Assembly: GCA_030141605.1 (NCBI GenBank)
Contig: JAQGDQ010000101.1
Coordinates: 187,258-251,257 of the forward strand
Direction of reading: 5' to 3'
Length of the DNA stretch: 64,000 bases
Source of the DNA: Tubiluchus corallicola
Lineage: Eukaryota > Animalia > Priapulida
Notes under the pieces: generated by a model
Seen by the model: only the letters and a program-made list of their open reading frames with translations
Told to the model about the DNA's origin: nothing
The model's database searches: none
Made by a program: the position numbers and the translations under genes
Shown here: positions 11,637 through 23,879 of the stretch, piece after piece
How positions within the stretch are numbered: position 1 is the stretch's first letter
How the letters are laid out: each line of letters begins with the position of its first letter

Positions 11637-14600
11637 CTACACAAAAAATCAAAGGAAATGAAACAAATCAGTCAGTGATAACAGTGTGCGCATGTCTAGT
11701 TACCAAGCCCAGGCAATGCTGGGCTTGGTTATTAAACAAATGGGTGGCCACCATCAAAATCGCTGCTGAGTGCTCTTGGTTTGGCAGGATGTCTAAAAAA
11801 GTGCATTGTTGCACGTAGTTAAGATAACTCTGCTGCTCGAGCATAGGGAAATATCATTTACAATGAACTAGGCTTCAGTTCTGCCACAAACAGAAAATTT
11901 GTATAGTAGTTAGTGATAGTTAACAGCTACTTCACACTACATCGTATAAAAAGATTAACAGAAAATTATTGCTTATGTATCTCGTTCATTCTTTTCCTGC
12001 TTAAAAGCACTAATAAATTATTACGATATTAGCTGTATGCTGCAAAGTTCTGTGCACACAATTTAACTGATATGCTCAATAATTGCTCAATAATTACATG
12101 TACACTCAATTATGTATACAAATAAAGTTACTGTAAGTGCTTCTTTTTAAATTAACTGACCCAAACAAGGCCAGTAGATAAGATGCTATGATAGAAAGGA
12201 CGAAATATGAATCCAGACACGAAAAATTTCAGAGTAATTTTCTGGAGGCATTATACCTTTATATTATTATATATACATGTAAATGTATGTTTTGACAGAT
12301 CGTCATGATGACCATAATCACCATATCACAAATACAAAAATCTATGGTCGACTTATCAATACCAAGATGAGCAGCGAATGCGCGGCTATACTTTTAGCGA
12401 GGCGTATATCACGTGACTAAAAACAAGGGTAAATAAAGTAACGAACGAAATTAATAGCTATTTACAGCAAAGCTACGAATGAGTATTTGTGTGACTGTAT
12501 CATTTATTTTGTTAAATTGGCATTTATCTCCTACGGTAAGTAAGGTGAAAGAGATTCTACGTCAACAATTAACTTGTCACTTTCTAGTCATTAGTTTTGT
12601 ATTACATGATTTAGTAGTACATCACTACATGATTACTTTCAGTCTATGTTCATCATCAGTTTATTTTGATTATTAACAGCAGTTTAGGTGCAATTTACTT
12701 TTGCATTATAAACTTGCTAAACAAAAAATAATCAAACAAAAATAAACTGCACTGCTACAGGCTCGCCATTGCATGAAGTCACATGCAGTGCTGGCTTGAA
12801 GCTTATGACCTGTAAAGTCACTAACAGGAAACATCAAAACTGCACACATTTAGGCAAAATAAACTATTTTATTAGAAACAGTAAAGATGTTTCATAACAG
12901 ACTGATCTCGCTAAAGGTGGTGATGTTACAGCTGGCTTACAACAGGGAAGCCCAGATTGGGCGGAGGCTAACAGTTAAGTAGTAATGCCTACATCACAAG
13001 TAGGATGTAACCAAAGTGACAGTGGGGAGTGTTGGCACAATTGAAGCCATGGTGCTCTTACATATAAAAAGCCTTCAATGGAGGACAGGATTTTTTTTCA
13101 TCCACTACCCCATTTTTAAGTCCGATAAAACGTACACATTTTAACACAATTAATACTGCAAAAGCGTTTCTGGTATTAAAATGTGTGCTTGCATAGCAAA
13201 ATCGTCCATAAGTTGGCAATTAAGCTTTTCTAGTTATTATCATATCCTGAATCTTTGTTTCATGAGAATCATTTTGATACCAAGCTCATCCCTCTATGTT
13301 ATTTCTAAGCTGAGATAATCCATGTTGAAGTTGAGGTGCAGGCTATGTAATCTAGAACAACACTGAAAAACATAATCTTGAGAAAATCACTGTTAAGATT
13401 AGCCATTGTTTTTGTTGCGTTTCTTCAAAACACTTAGCAACTGCATAAATGTTGGTTGCTACTGACCTTTTGATGTCATGTTTAAATCCAGTAAATGGCT
13501 CTTCCTGACAAAGATCTGGGCCTGGCAACAGAAAAAACCCAAAGCAATACAGGAGCTACTACCGGAGTTTGAAAATATAAGTTTTTATCAATTGCAGTAA
13601 TAGTTTCTAAACAGAAAAGTGAGCAGGGAGTTATGAAATTAAATTTTTAGTTTTTAGTATCTTTTAAACATTTTCTTGACGATTTAATGCTAGAATACAA
13701 AAGTCCAATATATTTAGCATTTATTTTTATAAAAAACAAAAAATTGACATTTAACCAAATTTTTGGTGCATTCTACTTTGAACAATCATAACGTATTTTT
13801 AACTATGCTGACTTATGAACTGTTTCGGTTTGCAAGCACACAAATAATAGATTAAAAACTTAATTAATGGCGACGAGCCCAACTATTGATGACATCACAA
13901 ACTAACACAATTTTCGACAGCAAAAATATTTTACGACCATGTTGCATGTGTTTGCGAAAGCAAAAATTGAATTACATTACTACTGTAAGATATTCAGTGT
14001 GTTATACTAAAACTAGACAAATTTTAAGCTAAAAAATTCAAATTTCAAATTTACCATTGTGCTCACGCATGAGCTGTCGAACGTGTGTAGTTCGTCAGAA
14101 AGTAACACATCTGAACTGAGAGGTACAACACCTGTTTTTTGTGCAGTGCTTTCCGAAATGCATGTGAAGGCAAAGAACTAGTGAGGGGAAGGCGAAATTG
14201 TGTTTGTGTGGTAATAATTCTTTCACGTAAATTATTTTTGAAAAAATAGTTATGTTTCCTTTCAATATTTTAGAGTAGATTATTTGACCTACAGTTTAAG
14301 ATTGGGTCCGGTTTTGCTTTAAACTAAGTGGTAGACTAAAGATTCTTCACTTAAAATGCCGTAATGCGCCACACCATTCGGATATTCGGATTGGTTACAT
14401 CAGAAGCTGCCTTAAAACATTCATTTTTGTTTCAAATGTCCATTATAACTTGGTTTTTCTGTTTCATGCTAGCCATCTCCCAAGAAATATTTCTAAGTCA
14501 ATTCAACTTTCCTAAGCACAGCAACTAATGCAACATGTCGTCAGACACAGCAGAAGGTTGTATCTACTGGGAAAGTCCTGGCAATAAATTATAGCAGTGG

Positions 14601-15009
14601 TGACTAGTGTTTACATGTTACAAAATAAGAAGTACATATATAGCACGTTTCACCATTAACGGGCTTCTTTACAAATGGCAAGCACTCTAAACAAAAGTTG
14701 ATCGGATTTTGTGACACTTGATTGGCGATTCGGTATTGTAGGAACATCAAAATAGGCCTTGTTTTTAAGCTAAAATTGCAAATGTTGAAATTCAGTGCTA
14801 ATCACATTATTTCGTTGATATCAGATGAGCCCTTCATCTTCAATAATGAATAACTCAACTGGCCAGCCAATACCAAACAATCAGTAAAAGTGGCTAGCAA
14901 AGGTATGGGACGCATTTTACATAGTTATGTAACCGTTAGCTACACGTTCTGATTCATAAATTATCTTTAAAGTCAGATTTGATGCGTTTGCATATTCTTT
15001 AAAGATTTG

Positions 15010-15183
15010 TGTTGTGCATAAGTAACGTCATGTAATGGCACTGCCGGGACAGTATCATGGGAGTATTTAAAATGGGAATTTCTTTTAATATGAGTATTAT
15101 ATAAGATTGCTACTAAGTAATATAAATCTTTAAGCTAATTTTGCTGAAACTTAGCTTAAAGAACCCTTTTCTTGTCCTTTAAG
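15010..15183. repeat. Dispersed repeat (probable DNA-transposon end); second copy at ~34305-34490
   Basis: Both loci share ACGTCATGTAATGGCAC..ACAGTAT..TAAGTAAT..CTGAAAC..CCCTTTT blocks in the same order; this copy ends CCTTTAA. Confidence 0.6.
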
Positions 15184-16461
15184 TTCAATCTATTGTAAGG
15201 CTTCATCTTTTTACCTCATCTACATTTTTTGCCAATTTTTGCTGCAGCAGCAAGTGCAATGCAAGTAATCTTCGACCACTTTGCTTGAACAATTTGAGTG
15301 CACAGAACTTACAGGTCTTAATAACAGGAAAGGCATGGAAGAAAAGATGTAGCTTTAATTCACAAAACATAAAGTTCTTGAAAATTTGATCTCCAAAACC
15401 TTTAAAAATGTGAGAAATGTATTGGAGCTGGGAAGGAACTCCAAAAATAGGTGTACTAATTGTAATTTTGTAAGTTTTAGATACTAAAATAAATAAATTT
15501 GTATGATTTTTAGTTATAAATTCTCGATTTATGTTTCTGAAAATGGCCTCAAAACCATCTAAAATACAGGAAATTTGTATGTGTCAGTTTCCCTCGGACT
15601 TGCCTTGAGAGCAAACAACACTCCCACAGACCCTACATCTGGTTCTTGACTCCTGAATTCAGTTCGTAACGAGGTGACAACCTTGTATTGCACAAGAATG
15701 TATAGAGTAAGAACAGTACAAAAATAAGCACAGACTGACAGAGATAAAACAAATGAGGAGAATGATAGGTAGATGAAAGCACAGACCAATAAGTGGACAG
15801 ACCGACAATGCTCAAGTGATCTGGGCACGACAACCCAATGTCTACATATTGTCAAAGTGTCTACTGCCAAAACGTTCATTGCCCAAATGTCCACTACCCA
15901 ACTTCCCAGTGTCTATGTGTCTGCGGCCCAGTGTCCAAATTGCGATAGCAATTGCGACAGAGTAAATGTGCATTACGCATTTGCCCAATACATATCAAAT
16001 GGTATTCATGCAAAATTCATCATTAAGATGTTTAATATCAAATTAAGTTACTCTTATACATGCATTGACTATTAAACATTACATGCAAATGGAGAGAAAT
16101 CTAGGCATTTGTTTGTTGTGTGAAATTACCACACACGATTTGTGCTTGACAAGTGACTGAGGTTAATGTGGTTTTCATGCCAGAATCAGCCTTCATTAAG
16201 AAATGTATGAAAATTGTTTAAAAAAATGGTATAGGAAGCAAATTTTGCAGTAAGTTAGAAACACGGGGTTTTATCATGTATTAAAAACAAATAAACTGTT
16301 CTTTTTGCAGAAATTACTAACCACACCATCAAACCTGGTGGGAAGTGTCTGCATTAATAAAAACTGGTGATATGAGCTTTTGTAATAAACAGATCTTACA
16401 ATCAACTTGCTGCGACAAGGTATGATCGGAGTTTAAATGTACTAAGTTAAACACATTTATA

Positions 16462-17853
16462 ATGAAATTGCGAACTAGGGTTTTTCTAGTGCTACTAAGT
16501 GCAATAATTCTCCTGATTTATATCAAGCTTTATTTAATCATAAACCGGGAATGTAGTGATGTGTTCTCAGGCGATGGATCAAAGAAATGCCATGAAACGA
16601 AAAAAGCTCAAATGATGATGAAGCTACAAGGAAAAGCAAAGAATTCTTCATCTGTAAACCTCAACACCTCCAAGAATCTTTTAGCATCGCGGAACTATAT
16701 ATTAGACAAAAGCAAAATGTACAGAAAACATTTGGATATTTTGCGAACAGCCATCTTAGACAAAAAGCTTCTCTTATTCTCAGAACACCTTCTAAATGAC
16801 ACGGCAATTATTGTCCACCTTGACAAATCTCCATGGTTAATAGCTGCTGAATGGGTTAAAGAAAGAGAAGTGTTCCCGGCAAGAACACCTGAGCTTGGAG
16901 CAATTCTTCATGCCTTGGCAACTCGTAACATTACTTTAGCTGACATCGGTTATGCAGGGACACAGCTGAAAGCATCTTTATTTCTTGAAGGTGGTCAGAG
17001 GGTTTCTTTCAAGCCAAAGTATTACGAAAGAGAAGCAGTTGTAGAAGGAGACCCTTATGCTGGGTTTGATAGACATAATGGTGAGATTGCAGCGTTTCAC
17101 TTAAACAGGATTCTGGATTTTAGGAGAACTCCTATAACTGTGGGTAGAAGAATTAATCTGAATACTGAGATAATGCCTGTCGCAGAGTCACGACTCTTGC
17201 AAACATTCTTATATGTAAATAACAACACATGCTTTTACGGGAAATGTTATTATTGTCGGCAAGACGAAGCTGCTTGTGGCAATGGTGCTCTTATGGAAGG
17301 TGTTATTATTCTCTGGCTCCCAAATACATGGCCTTTGCAGATGCATCGTAGACATCCTTGGGGACGTACATACAGGAAAAACAAAACAGCTCAATGGGAA
17401 AGAGATACTCATTATTGTGACAAAGTAAAGCAACTACCTCCGTATGCCACAATATATAGGCTGTTAGATCTAATAGATGCATCAGTGTTAGATTATTTGA
17501 TTGGAAATGCAGACAGACACCTTTATGAGACATTCAAAGATCATGAAAACAGCATTGTTTTGATGATGGACAATGGCAAAAGTTTTGCCAACCCGTTAAA
17601 AGATGAAGTGTCTATAATGGCACCATTATATCAGTGCTGTATCCTTCGTAACTCTACTTGGAATAATTTACTTCGTTTACAGGATAATAAACTGAGCCTG
17701 TTATTGAGGATATTATTGTACTATGATCCACTTGCTCCTTTATTGGCTGAAGACCATTACGATGCCCTAGACAGACGATTGCTTGGTGTAATAGGTGTTG
17801 TAAGACAATGCATTCAGAAAAATGGTGCAGAAACTGTTTTATTAGAGGATTAA
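16462..17853 (+). CDS. FAM20B: Glycosaminoglycan xylosylkinase (Fam20 family), single-exon CDS
   Basis: 463-aa ORF with N-terminal signal anchor; motifs [71 protein letters not shown] and DNGKSF indicate the FAM20B subtype. Upstream acceptor CTTTTTGCAG ends at 16310. Confidence 0.93.
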   Translation: MKLRTRVFLVLLSAIILLIYIKLYLIINRECSDVFSGDGSKKCHETKKAQMMMKLQGKAKNSSSVNLNTSKNLLASRNYILDKSKMYRKHLDILRTAILDKKLLLFSEHLLNDTAIIVHLDKSPWLIAAEWVKEREVFPARTPELGAILHALATRNITLADIGYAGTQLKASLFLEGGQRVSFKPKYYEREAVVEGDPYAGFDRHNGEIAAFHLNRILDFRRTPITVGRRINLNTEIMPVAESRLLQTFLYVNNNTCFYGKCYYCRQDEAACGNGALMEGVIILWLPNTWPLQMHRRHPWGRTYRKNKTAQWERDTHYCDKVKQLPPYATIYRLLDLIDASVLDYLIGNADRHLYETFKDHENSIVLMMDNGKSFANPLKDEVSIMAPLYQCCILRNSTWNNLLRLQDNKLSLLLRILLYYDPLAPLLAEDHYDALDRRLLGVIGVVRQCIQKNGAETVLLED

Positions 17854-18917
17854 AATGTATGATACATAGTAGCTCATGTAACTGCCTCCTCCTCTATGTG
17901 TTGTTGCTTTATATTCCTGGTTGTTGCAACAAGGAATTATTTTTTCCTGGTGGTTTGCTATTTTTACCAGTCTACCAGCCATATGTACATACGAGGTTAC
18001 AAAGTTTAAAAATTTTAATGCAGTCGTTACACTTACTGCTATCAGCTATTAGTACGACCATTGTATAGTTAAATCCAGCAATACAATTTTCGAGTGACAA
18101 GAAGTTTCGTAACATCAACAGTTTTGAACGTCATGATTCAAGTATTTTGGTTGTTGTGTTTGATTCAACAAAACCCCAAGTGCCTTTAACATTATTTTGT
18201 GACTTTCGATTCACAATTATGATTATTATTGATCTTGAGCCACCGCATGCCTGACATGTATGCAAATATAGAAAAATTGTACCTAAGTTGTGATAACGAC
18301 ACTGCAAAGTGCAGAATGAGGTCATTAGTAATTAGAATTTAGTTATTTGCTGTTTAACTTTTTAGGAAACAGTGGATTTGTCAGTTTAATATAATAGCGA
18401 AATGTTTAATCTACACAGATTTATGTCTTTTCTTACCATGTTTTTGCCCAGTTCTCTACATTAAATTCTGTATAATGAATGCATAGTGCTGGAAATGGGC
18501 CCAACTAAAAATGCTCAAATTGAACTTGATTTTTAGAACTCAAATTGATCAAATACATATAGATATTTATTTCGAATAAAATCGATTATATATGTGTTGT
18601 ACTGAGTAAAAAGACTCATTTTAATTGTTACATATTACTGAGCATTTCACAGGCTCACTAACAACGTTGGCTCAACTAACAGAAGCAGTAGCACATATTC
18701 TGCCTGCTATTTGTTCCACAATGTAGCAGCAAGTCACTGAAGTCAAACCAGAAGTCTATGGGTCAGACTGAATGGCAGTATATAAGCACTAAGCTTAGGG
18801 AGCTGTCATCTCTCAAAAAGTGTCTAAACTATAGTAGCTCGTGTAACTGTATAGGACTTCGTCAATAACAAACAGTTTACAGATGCGAACGAAAACAGTC
18901 TGAATAAGCAAACCTTT

Positions 18918-19079
18918 TGTTATGTTGAGTAACTAATTAACATCTATGCCTATTACAACACTTTGGTTTGGTGTTCTTTTAAGCAGTGCACCTTAACTTG
19001 TAATTGGAATGGCGCTGCTCTTTAAATTGGAATAAAGCCATAATTCCAATCATTTTCTCTTTTATTTATGGTTATAACA
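18918..19079 (+). repeat. 5' LTR
   Basis: TG...CA, 162 bp, identical by eye to 22947-23108; AATAAA at 19031-19036. Confidence 0.97.
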
Positions 19080-19080
19080 A

Positions 19081-19096
19081 TTTATTCCAATTTAAA
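19081..19096 (+). promoter_or_regulatory. Primer-binding position, complementary to the LTR (self-priming type)
   Basis: TTTATTCCAATTTAAA is the exact reverse complement of LTR 19021-19036 (TTTAAATTGGAATAAA); no TGG-starting tRNA PBS is present. Confidence 0.8.
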
Positions 19097-19102
19097 ACAA
19101 AG

Positions 19103-22100
19103 ATGGACAAATATCTTCGACCTGAGAGGCTAAGTGTGGACCCGAATTCTAGCTCAGCTGACGAAGAATTTCAGCACTGGTTGAAAACATTCGAAAATTT
19201 TCAAGGAAGGGCAGTGGCTAAGCAAGCAGAAGAGGATGAAGTAGCAGCCGTGGCGGAAGAAGTAGATAGTTATGTATCTGCTTCAGTTTTTAAAGTATTT
19301 TCGGAATGCAAGTGTTACAAGGACGCTGTTGACACGTTAAAAAAAGTTTATTTAAAGCCAAAGAATATTCATTATGCTAGGCATGCATTGATGACTTGTA
19401 AGCAGAAGTCAAGTGATTCTATTGATAAATTCGTGCAGACTCTGAGAGAATTAGCTAAGGAGTGTTCGTTTGATGCGGTTAGTGCAGAGCAGTACAAAAA
19501 CGAAGCCATCCTATCTGCCTTCATATCTGGATTGGCTTCAAATGAGATTAGGCAGAAGATACTAGTAGACTGTGAAGAGCTGGATTTGGACAAAGTGTTA
19601 AAAACTGCCAAATCTACAGAAATGGCTATGGCCCATTCATCAAATTATATTGGAAATGCAATGTCAGACATTGGTGGTATAGCAGCTTTTACGGCAAGTA
19701 AAGAAGATGACCACGGAGATTGTTCTCTTGCTAGCATAAAGAAAAAACAATACGGTGCTAGGGCTAATCCAAATTCTAAGACTGTGTGTGAATCTTGCGG
19801 ATATAGCCACATCAAAAATAAGTGTCCAGCGAAAAATGAACAGTGCTTTAAGTGCAACAAATGGGGACATTTTTCAAGAAAATGTACTGAAAAGACAACT
19901 GCATCACTTGTGAGAAAGAACAAAAGTGATAATTATCAATCGAACTGGTTAACTTTAGCAACTGCACATCAACAGAATGGAACTCCTAACAGTTTAACTA
20001 AAGCGACAGTAAAAATTACTATTCAGCAAACAGAATTGAAGGCACTGATAGACAGTGGCAGTTCAGATTCATACATCAATGCTGAAATTGTAGAACAATT
20101 GGGCATTCCGTGTGATCAAACAAATGACAAAGTTGGAATGGCAGTTGCCACATCGAGTTTTGAAGTGAAATCGGTATGTAATGTAGATATGATTCTTCAA
20201 AGCAGAAATTATGCTGTTAAATTGCTTGTTCTACGAAATCTGTGTGCTGACGTAATTTTAGGACACGATTTCATGTCTCAGCACGAGAAAGTTACTCTTC
20301 ATTTTGGGGGAGGGAAGGAACCGCTAAAAGTTTGTGGATTAATGAGAGCGAAATTATCTCCGGCTGAGCCTTTTCAGAATCTAACAGATGGCATTAAACC
20401 AGTGGCAACTAAATCGCGAAGGTACGACATCGAGAAAACGAAATTCATTGAGCTAGAAGTGGAAAAACTGCTAAAAGATGGTAGAATTGAGAAATCTAAT
20501 TCGCCTTGGAGGGCCCAGGTACTGGTCACTACTAATGAAAATCACCGCAGAAGACTAGTGATAGACTATTCTCAAACAATAAATAGATTTACAGAACTTG
20601 ATGCTTATCCGGCTAAACGAATGAGTGATTTAGCAAATACAATGGCTAAATACCGTTTTTATAGTACTGTAGATCTGGAATCAGCATATCATCAGATACC
20701 GCTGAGAGAACAAGATAGAAAATATACGGCATTTGAAGCTAATGGGCAATTATATCAATTTACATGCCTGCCTTTTGGAATCACCCATGGAGTTTCCTGT
20801 TTTCAGAGGAAAATGGATGAGTTTATTCAGGACTTTGGTTTGAAAGATACGTATGCATATCTGGACAACATTACACTAGGTGGCATGACTCAGCAAGAAC
20901 ATGATGAAAATTTGCAGAAATTATTAGAGGCTGCAAAAAGAGCAAACTTAACACTTAACGAGAAAAAGTGTGTCTATTCTACGGAAACAGTTAAAATGCT
21001 GGGGTATCAGATTAGCAAAGGGAGCATCAAACCAGATCCTGATAGATTGAAAACATTACAGGATATGCCAGAGCCAAACAGTCAGAAGTCGCTTACACGT
21101 GTATTAGGATTATTTGCTTACTATTCGCAATGGATCTCAAATTTTTCAGCAAAGATAAGGCCTCTGAATGAAGCTAATAAATTTCCTTTAAGCAGTGAAG
21201 CAAAACATGCTTTTTTTCAACTGAAAGCTGATATTGAGTCTGCAGCTATTAAAGATATAGAGGACGACATACCTTTTGTGGTGGAAACAGATGCATCTGA
21301 AACGGCAATTGCTGCTACATTAAATCAAGCTGGAAGACCAGTGGCCTTTTATTCTAGGACACTAAATCGTTCAGAACGAAACCATGCTTCTGTGGAGAAA
21401 GAAGCTTATGCTATAGTAGAATCGTTGGAGCGATGGCGACATCTTCTAATGGGGCGACACTTCACCTTAGTGACAGATCAAAGGTCAGTATCATTCATGC
21501 TTGATCAAAAGCAGAAAAGTAAAGTAAAGAATGATAAAATTCAGAGATGGAGGGTACAGTTAACAGGATTTAGCTATGATATTAGATACAGACCGGGCAA
21601 AAATAATGAAGCCCCAGATGCACTTTCCAGATGCGCAACTACATTTTCAGATTTGAATTACTTAAAAACTTTGCATGAGGCTTTATGTCACCCAGGAGCT
21701 ACTAGGCTGTACCATTTTGTGAGAACCAAAAACTTACCATATACTTTGGACGAAATTCGTAAAATCACTTTTCAGTGTCCAGCATGTTGTAAATTGAAAC
21801 CTAGATTCATGAAGCCTGAACGAGCAACTCTTATTAAAGCTGTGCGGCCAATGGAAAGGTTGAACATTGACTTTAAAGGTCCTTTGCCCAGTAGCACCTC
21901 AAACAAATATTTTCTAACTGTAGTGGATGAGTATAGCCGATTTCCATTTGCCATACCGTGTGCAGATTTATCTGCTCAGACTGTGATACAGGGCATTAGT
22001 CAAATTTTTTCACTTTGTGGATGTGCAGCTTAACTACATTCGGATCGAGGTGCTAGTTTTCTGTCAGCAGAAGTTCGAGAATTTCTGCACTCCAGGGGAA

Positions 22101-22789
22101 TTGCAATTAGCCGAACAACTCCATATAATCCACGTGGTAATGGGCAATGTGAAAAATACAATGGAATAATATGGAAGTCGATACAGTTAGCACTGGAATC
22201 CAAGAATTTAGACATCAAAGCTTGGGAGATTGTTTTACCAGAAGCATTACATGCGATTCGGTCATTACTGTGTACGTCCACTAATGCCACCCCACATGAA
22301 TTGTTTTTTAATTTTGCTCGCAGATCAGCTAGTGGAGGTTCGGTGCCCAGCTGGCTCACTTCTCCTGGACCTGTACTGTTAAGACGATTTGTTAGAACCT
22401 GCAAGTCTGATCCTCTAGTGGATATGGTAGATTTAATTGAAGCAAATCCCCAATATGCACATATACGATATCGTGATGGCCGGGAAAGCACTGTATCTAT
22501 TAAAGACTTAGCACCATGCGGAAAGGTTGATGAAAGTGGCAAAGCAGTGATAGATGGAGAGAATGAAGAACCTCAAAGAAAACTGGTCATGGAACCTGTG
22601 AATTCCCATAACGTTGTACACACAGAAACAGTCTCGAATCAGGATACACTTAATACAAAGATGGATGGAGTTTTCACTAGTGGGAAGGAAGAGATTACAG
22701 AAATTGCATATGACATTGAAGAAGTAGAATCTGTAAGGAGGTCTTCTAGAGCAAACAAAGGGAAAATGCCAGCACGCTATTGTGATTAA
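19103..22789 (+). CDS. Gag-Pol polyprotein (1,228 codons, single frame) with one in-frame TAA at 22031-22033
   Basis: MDKYLRPERL start; zinc knuckle CFKCNKWGHFSRKC; protease LIDSGS; RT LPFG..YLDN; RNase H TDAS..EKEAYAI..TDQ; integrase H..H..CPAC, NIDFKG, HSDRG; same frame continues after the TAA to VRRSSRANKGKMPARYCD*. Confidence 0.93.
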
Positions 22790-22934
22790 TTGTAGTGAAC
22801 TGAATTGGATGTAGTGGAACTGAATATTAACTTGGAAGTTTCCGAGTTAATACTGTTAACTTTGAACTGTTTGTCTGGTTCAATTTGATAACACTTATAA
22901 TTGATATTGTAGCTTTAAATGTTCCCAAATTCTT

Positions 22935-22946
22935 AGGAGGGAAGAA
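22935..22946 (+). promoter_or_regulatory. Polypurine tract
   Basis: AGGAGGGAAGAA immediately before the 3' LTR. Confidence 0.92.
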
Positions 22947-23108
22947 TGTTATGTTGAGTAACTAATTAACATCTATGCCTATTACAACACTTTGGTTTGG
23001 TGTTCTTTTAAGCAGTGCACCTTAACTTGTAATTGGAATGGCGCTGCTCTTTAAATTGGAATAAAGCCATAATTCCAATCATTTTCTCTTTTATTTATGG
23101 TTATAACA
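22947..23108 (+). repeat. 3' LTR
   Basis: Identical to the 5' LTR; followed by TSD CCTTT. Confidence 0.97.
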
Positions 23109-23879
23109 CCTTTCATGAGTGAAGAAACTCGATATGAATGGGCATTTCTCTGACGACGCCACCTATAGGACTTCGCCAATAACAAACAGTTTACAGATGC
23201 GAACGAAAACAGTCTGAATAAACAAACCTTTCATGAGTGAAGAAACTCGATATGAATGGGCATTTCTCATGACGACGCCACCTTTTTTACTTTTCAGCTT
23301 AAATACTGTAAATAAATGTCACTGTGGTTAAATATGTTGCTAACTGAGCACAAAATCCAAGTGTATAATAAATTTGTTACATTTGTTAGGCATTGTATCC
23401 CAGCTGTGTAAAAGCTGTGTAAAATCATTATGTATGCAGTAGCTAAGTTTTGGTATTGTTTTCTCCTGTGTCGCTAATCACAATATATTTCTTCTTGGGA
23501 TATAACCATAATTTATATCACTTCAAATACACTTTTTGGCAATAATTTGTGAACAAACTTATAATATCAATGACATTTCATACCTTTCCAGTAATTATAA
23601 ATGATATTGTTATTAATCTTTTTTCAAGTGCTCTAAATGATAAATGTTCAGCAGTGTTTGGGAAAAGTTTGTTCACTGCGAAGATTTCTGTATCCCGATA
23701 CGAAGTCATGCATGAAATATTAATGCTTTACATCTGCATGCCTTAGTGAGATCGTTTGTATATAATTGCAGAGTCTTATTTCCAAGCATGTGTAATACTA
23801 AGTCTTAGAAGTTGGTGATTTGGAGAACTACAATACAAACAATTCAGGTTTTTAAATTCTAATGGGTTAATTACCAAAA

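Larger units (their letters stand above)
18918..23108 (+). mobile_element. Full-length Ty3/gypsy LTR retrotransposon (4,191 bp)
   Basis: Identical 162-bp LTRs, TGTTAT...ATAACA termini, 5-bp TSD CCTTT (18913-18917, 23109-23113), polypurine tract, domain order gag-PR-RT-RH-IN. Confidence 0.98.
18850..23282. repeat. Two-copy ~119-bp tandem duplication, copy 1 split by the LTR element
   Basis: Copy 1 = 18850-18917 + 23114-23163; copy 2 = 23164-23282 (TATAGGACTTCG..AAACCTTTCATGAGTGAAG..GACGACGCCACC). Confidence 0.92.

Noticed and set aside
14051-14200. First coding exon for the 9933-11636 gene (ATG|gtaaat at ~14055)
   Set aside because: The phase-2 frame needed to join the 11636 acceptor contains a stop; unresolved rather than supported.
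15830-15945. Coding potential of the overlapping ORFs at 15559-16075
   Set aside because: The region is made of short degenerate sub-repeats (GCCCAAATGTCC-like) typical of non-autonomous elements; translations are unrecognisable.
19004-19102. N-terminal extension in the ORF-track 1009-aa call
   Set aside because: Starts at a non-ATG codon inside the LTR; the first ATG after the PBS is at 19103.
22030-22542. Antisense 170-aa ORF and other short antisense ORFs in pol and in the SCAF last exon
   Set aside because: Shadow frames of real coding sequence; no recognisable motifs.
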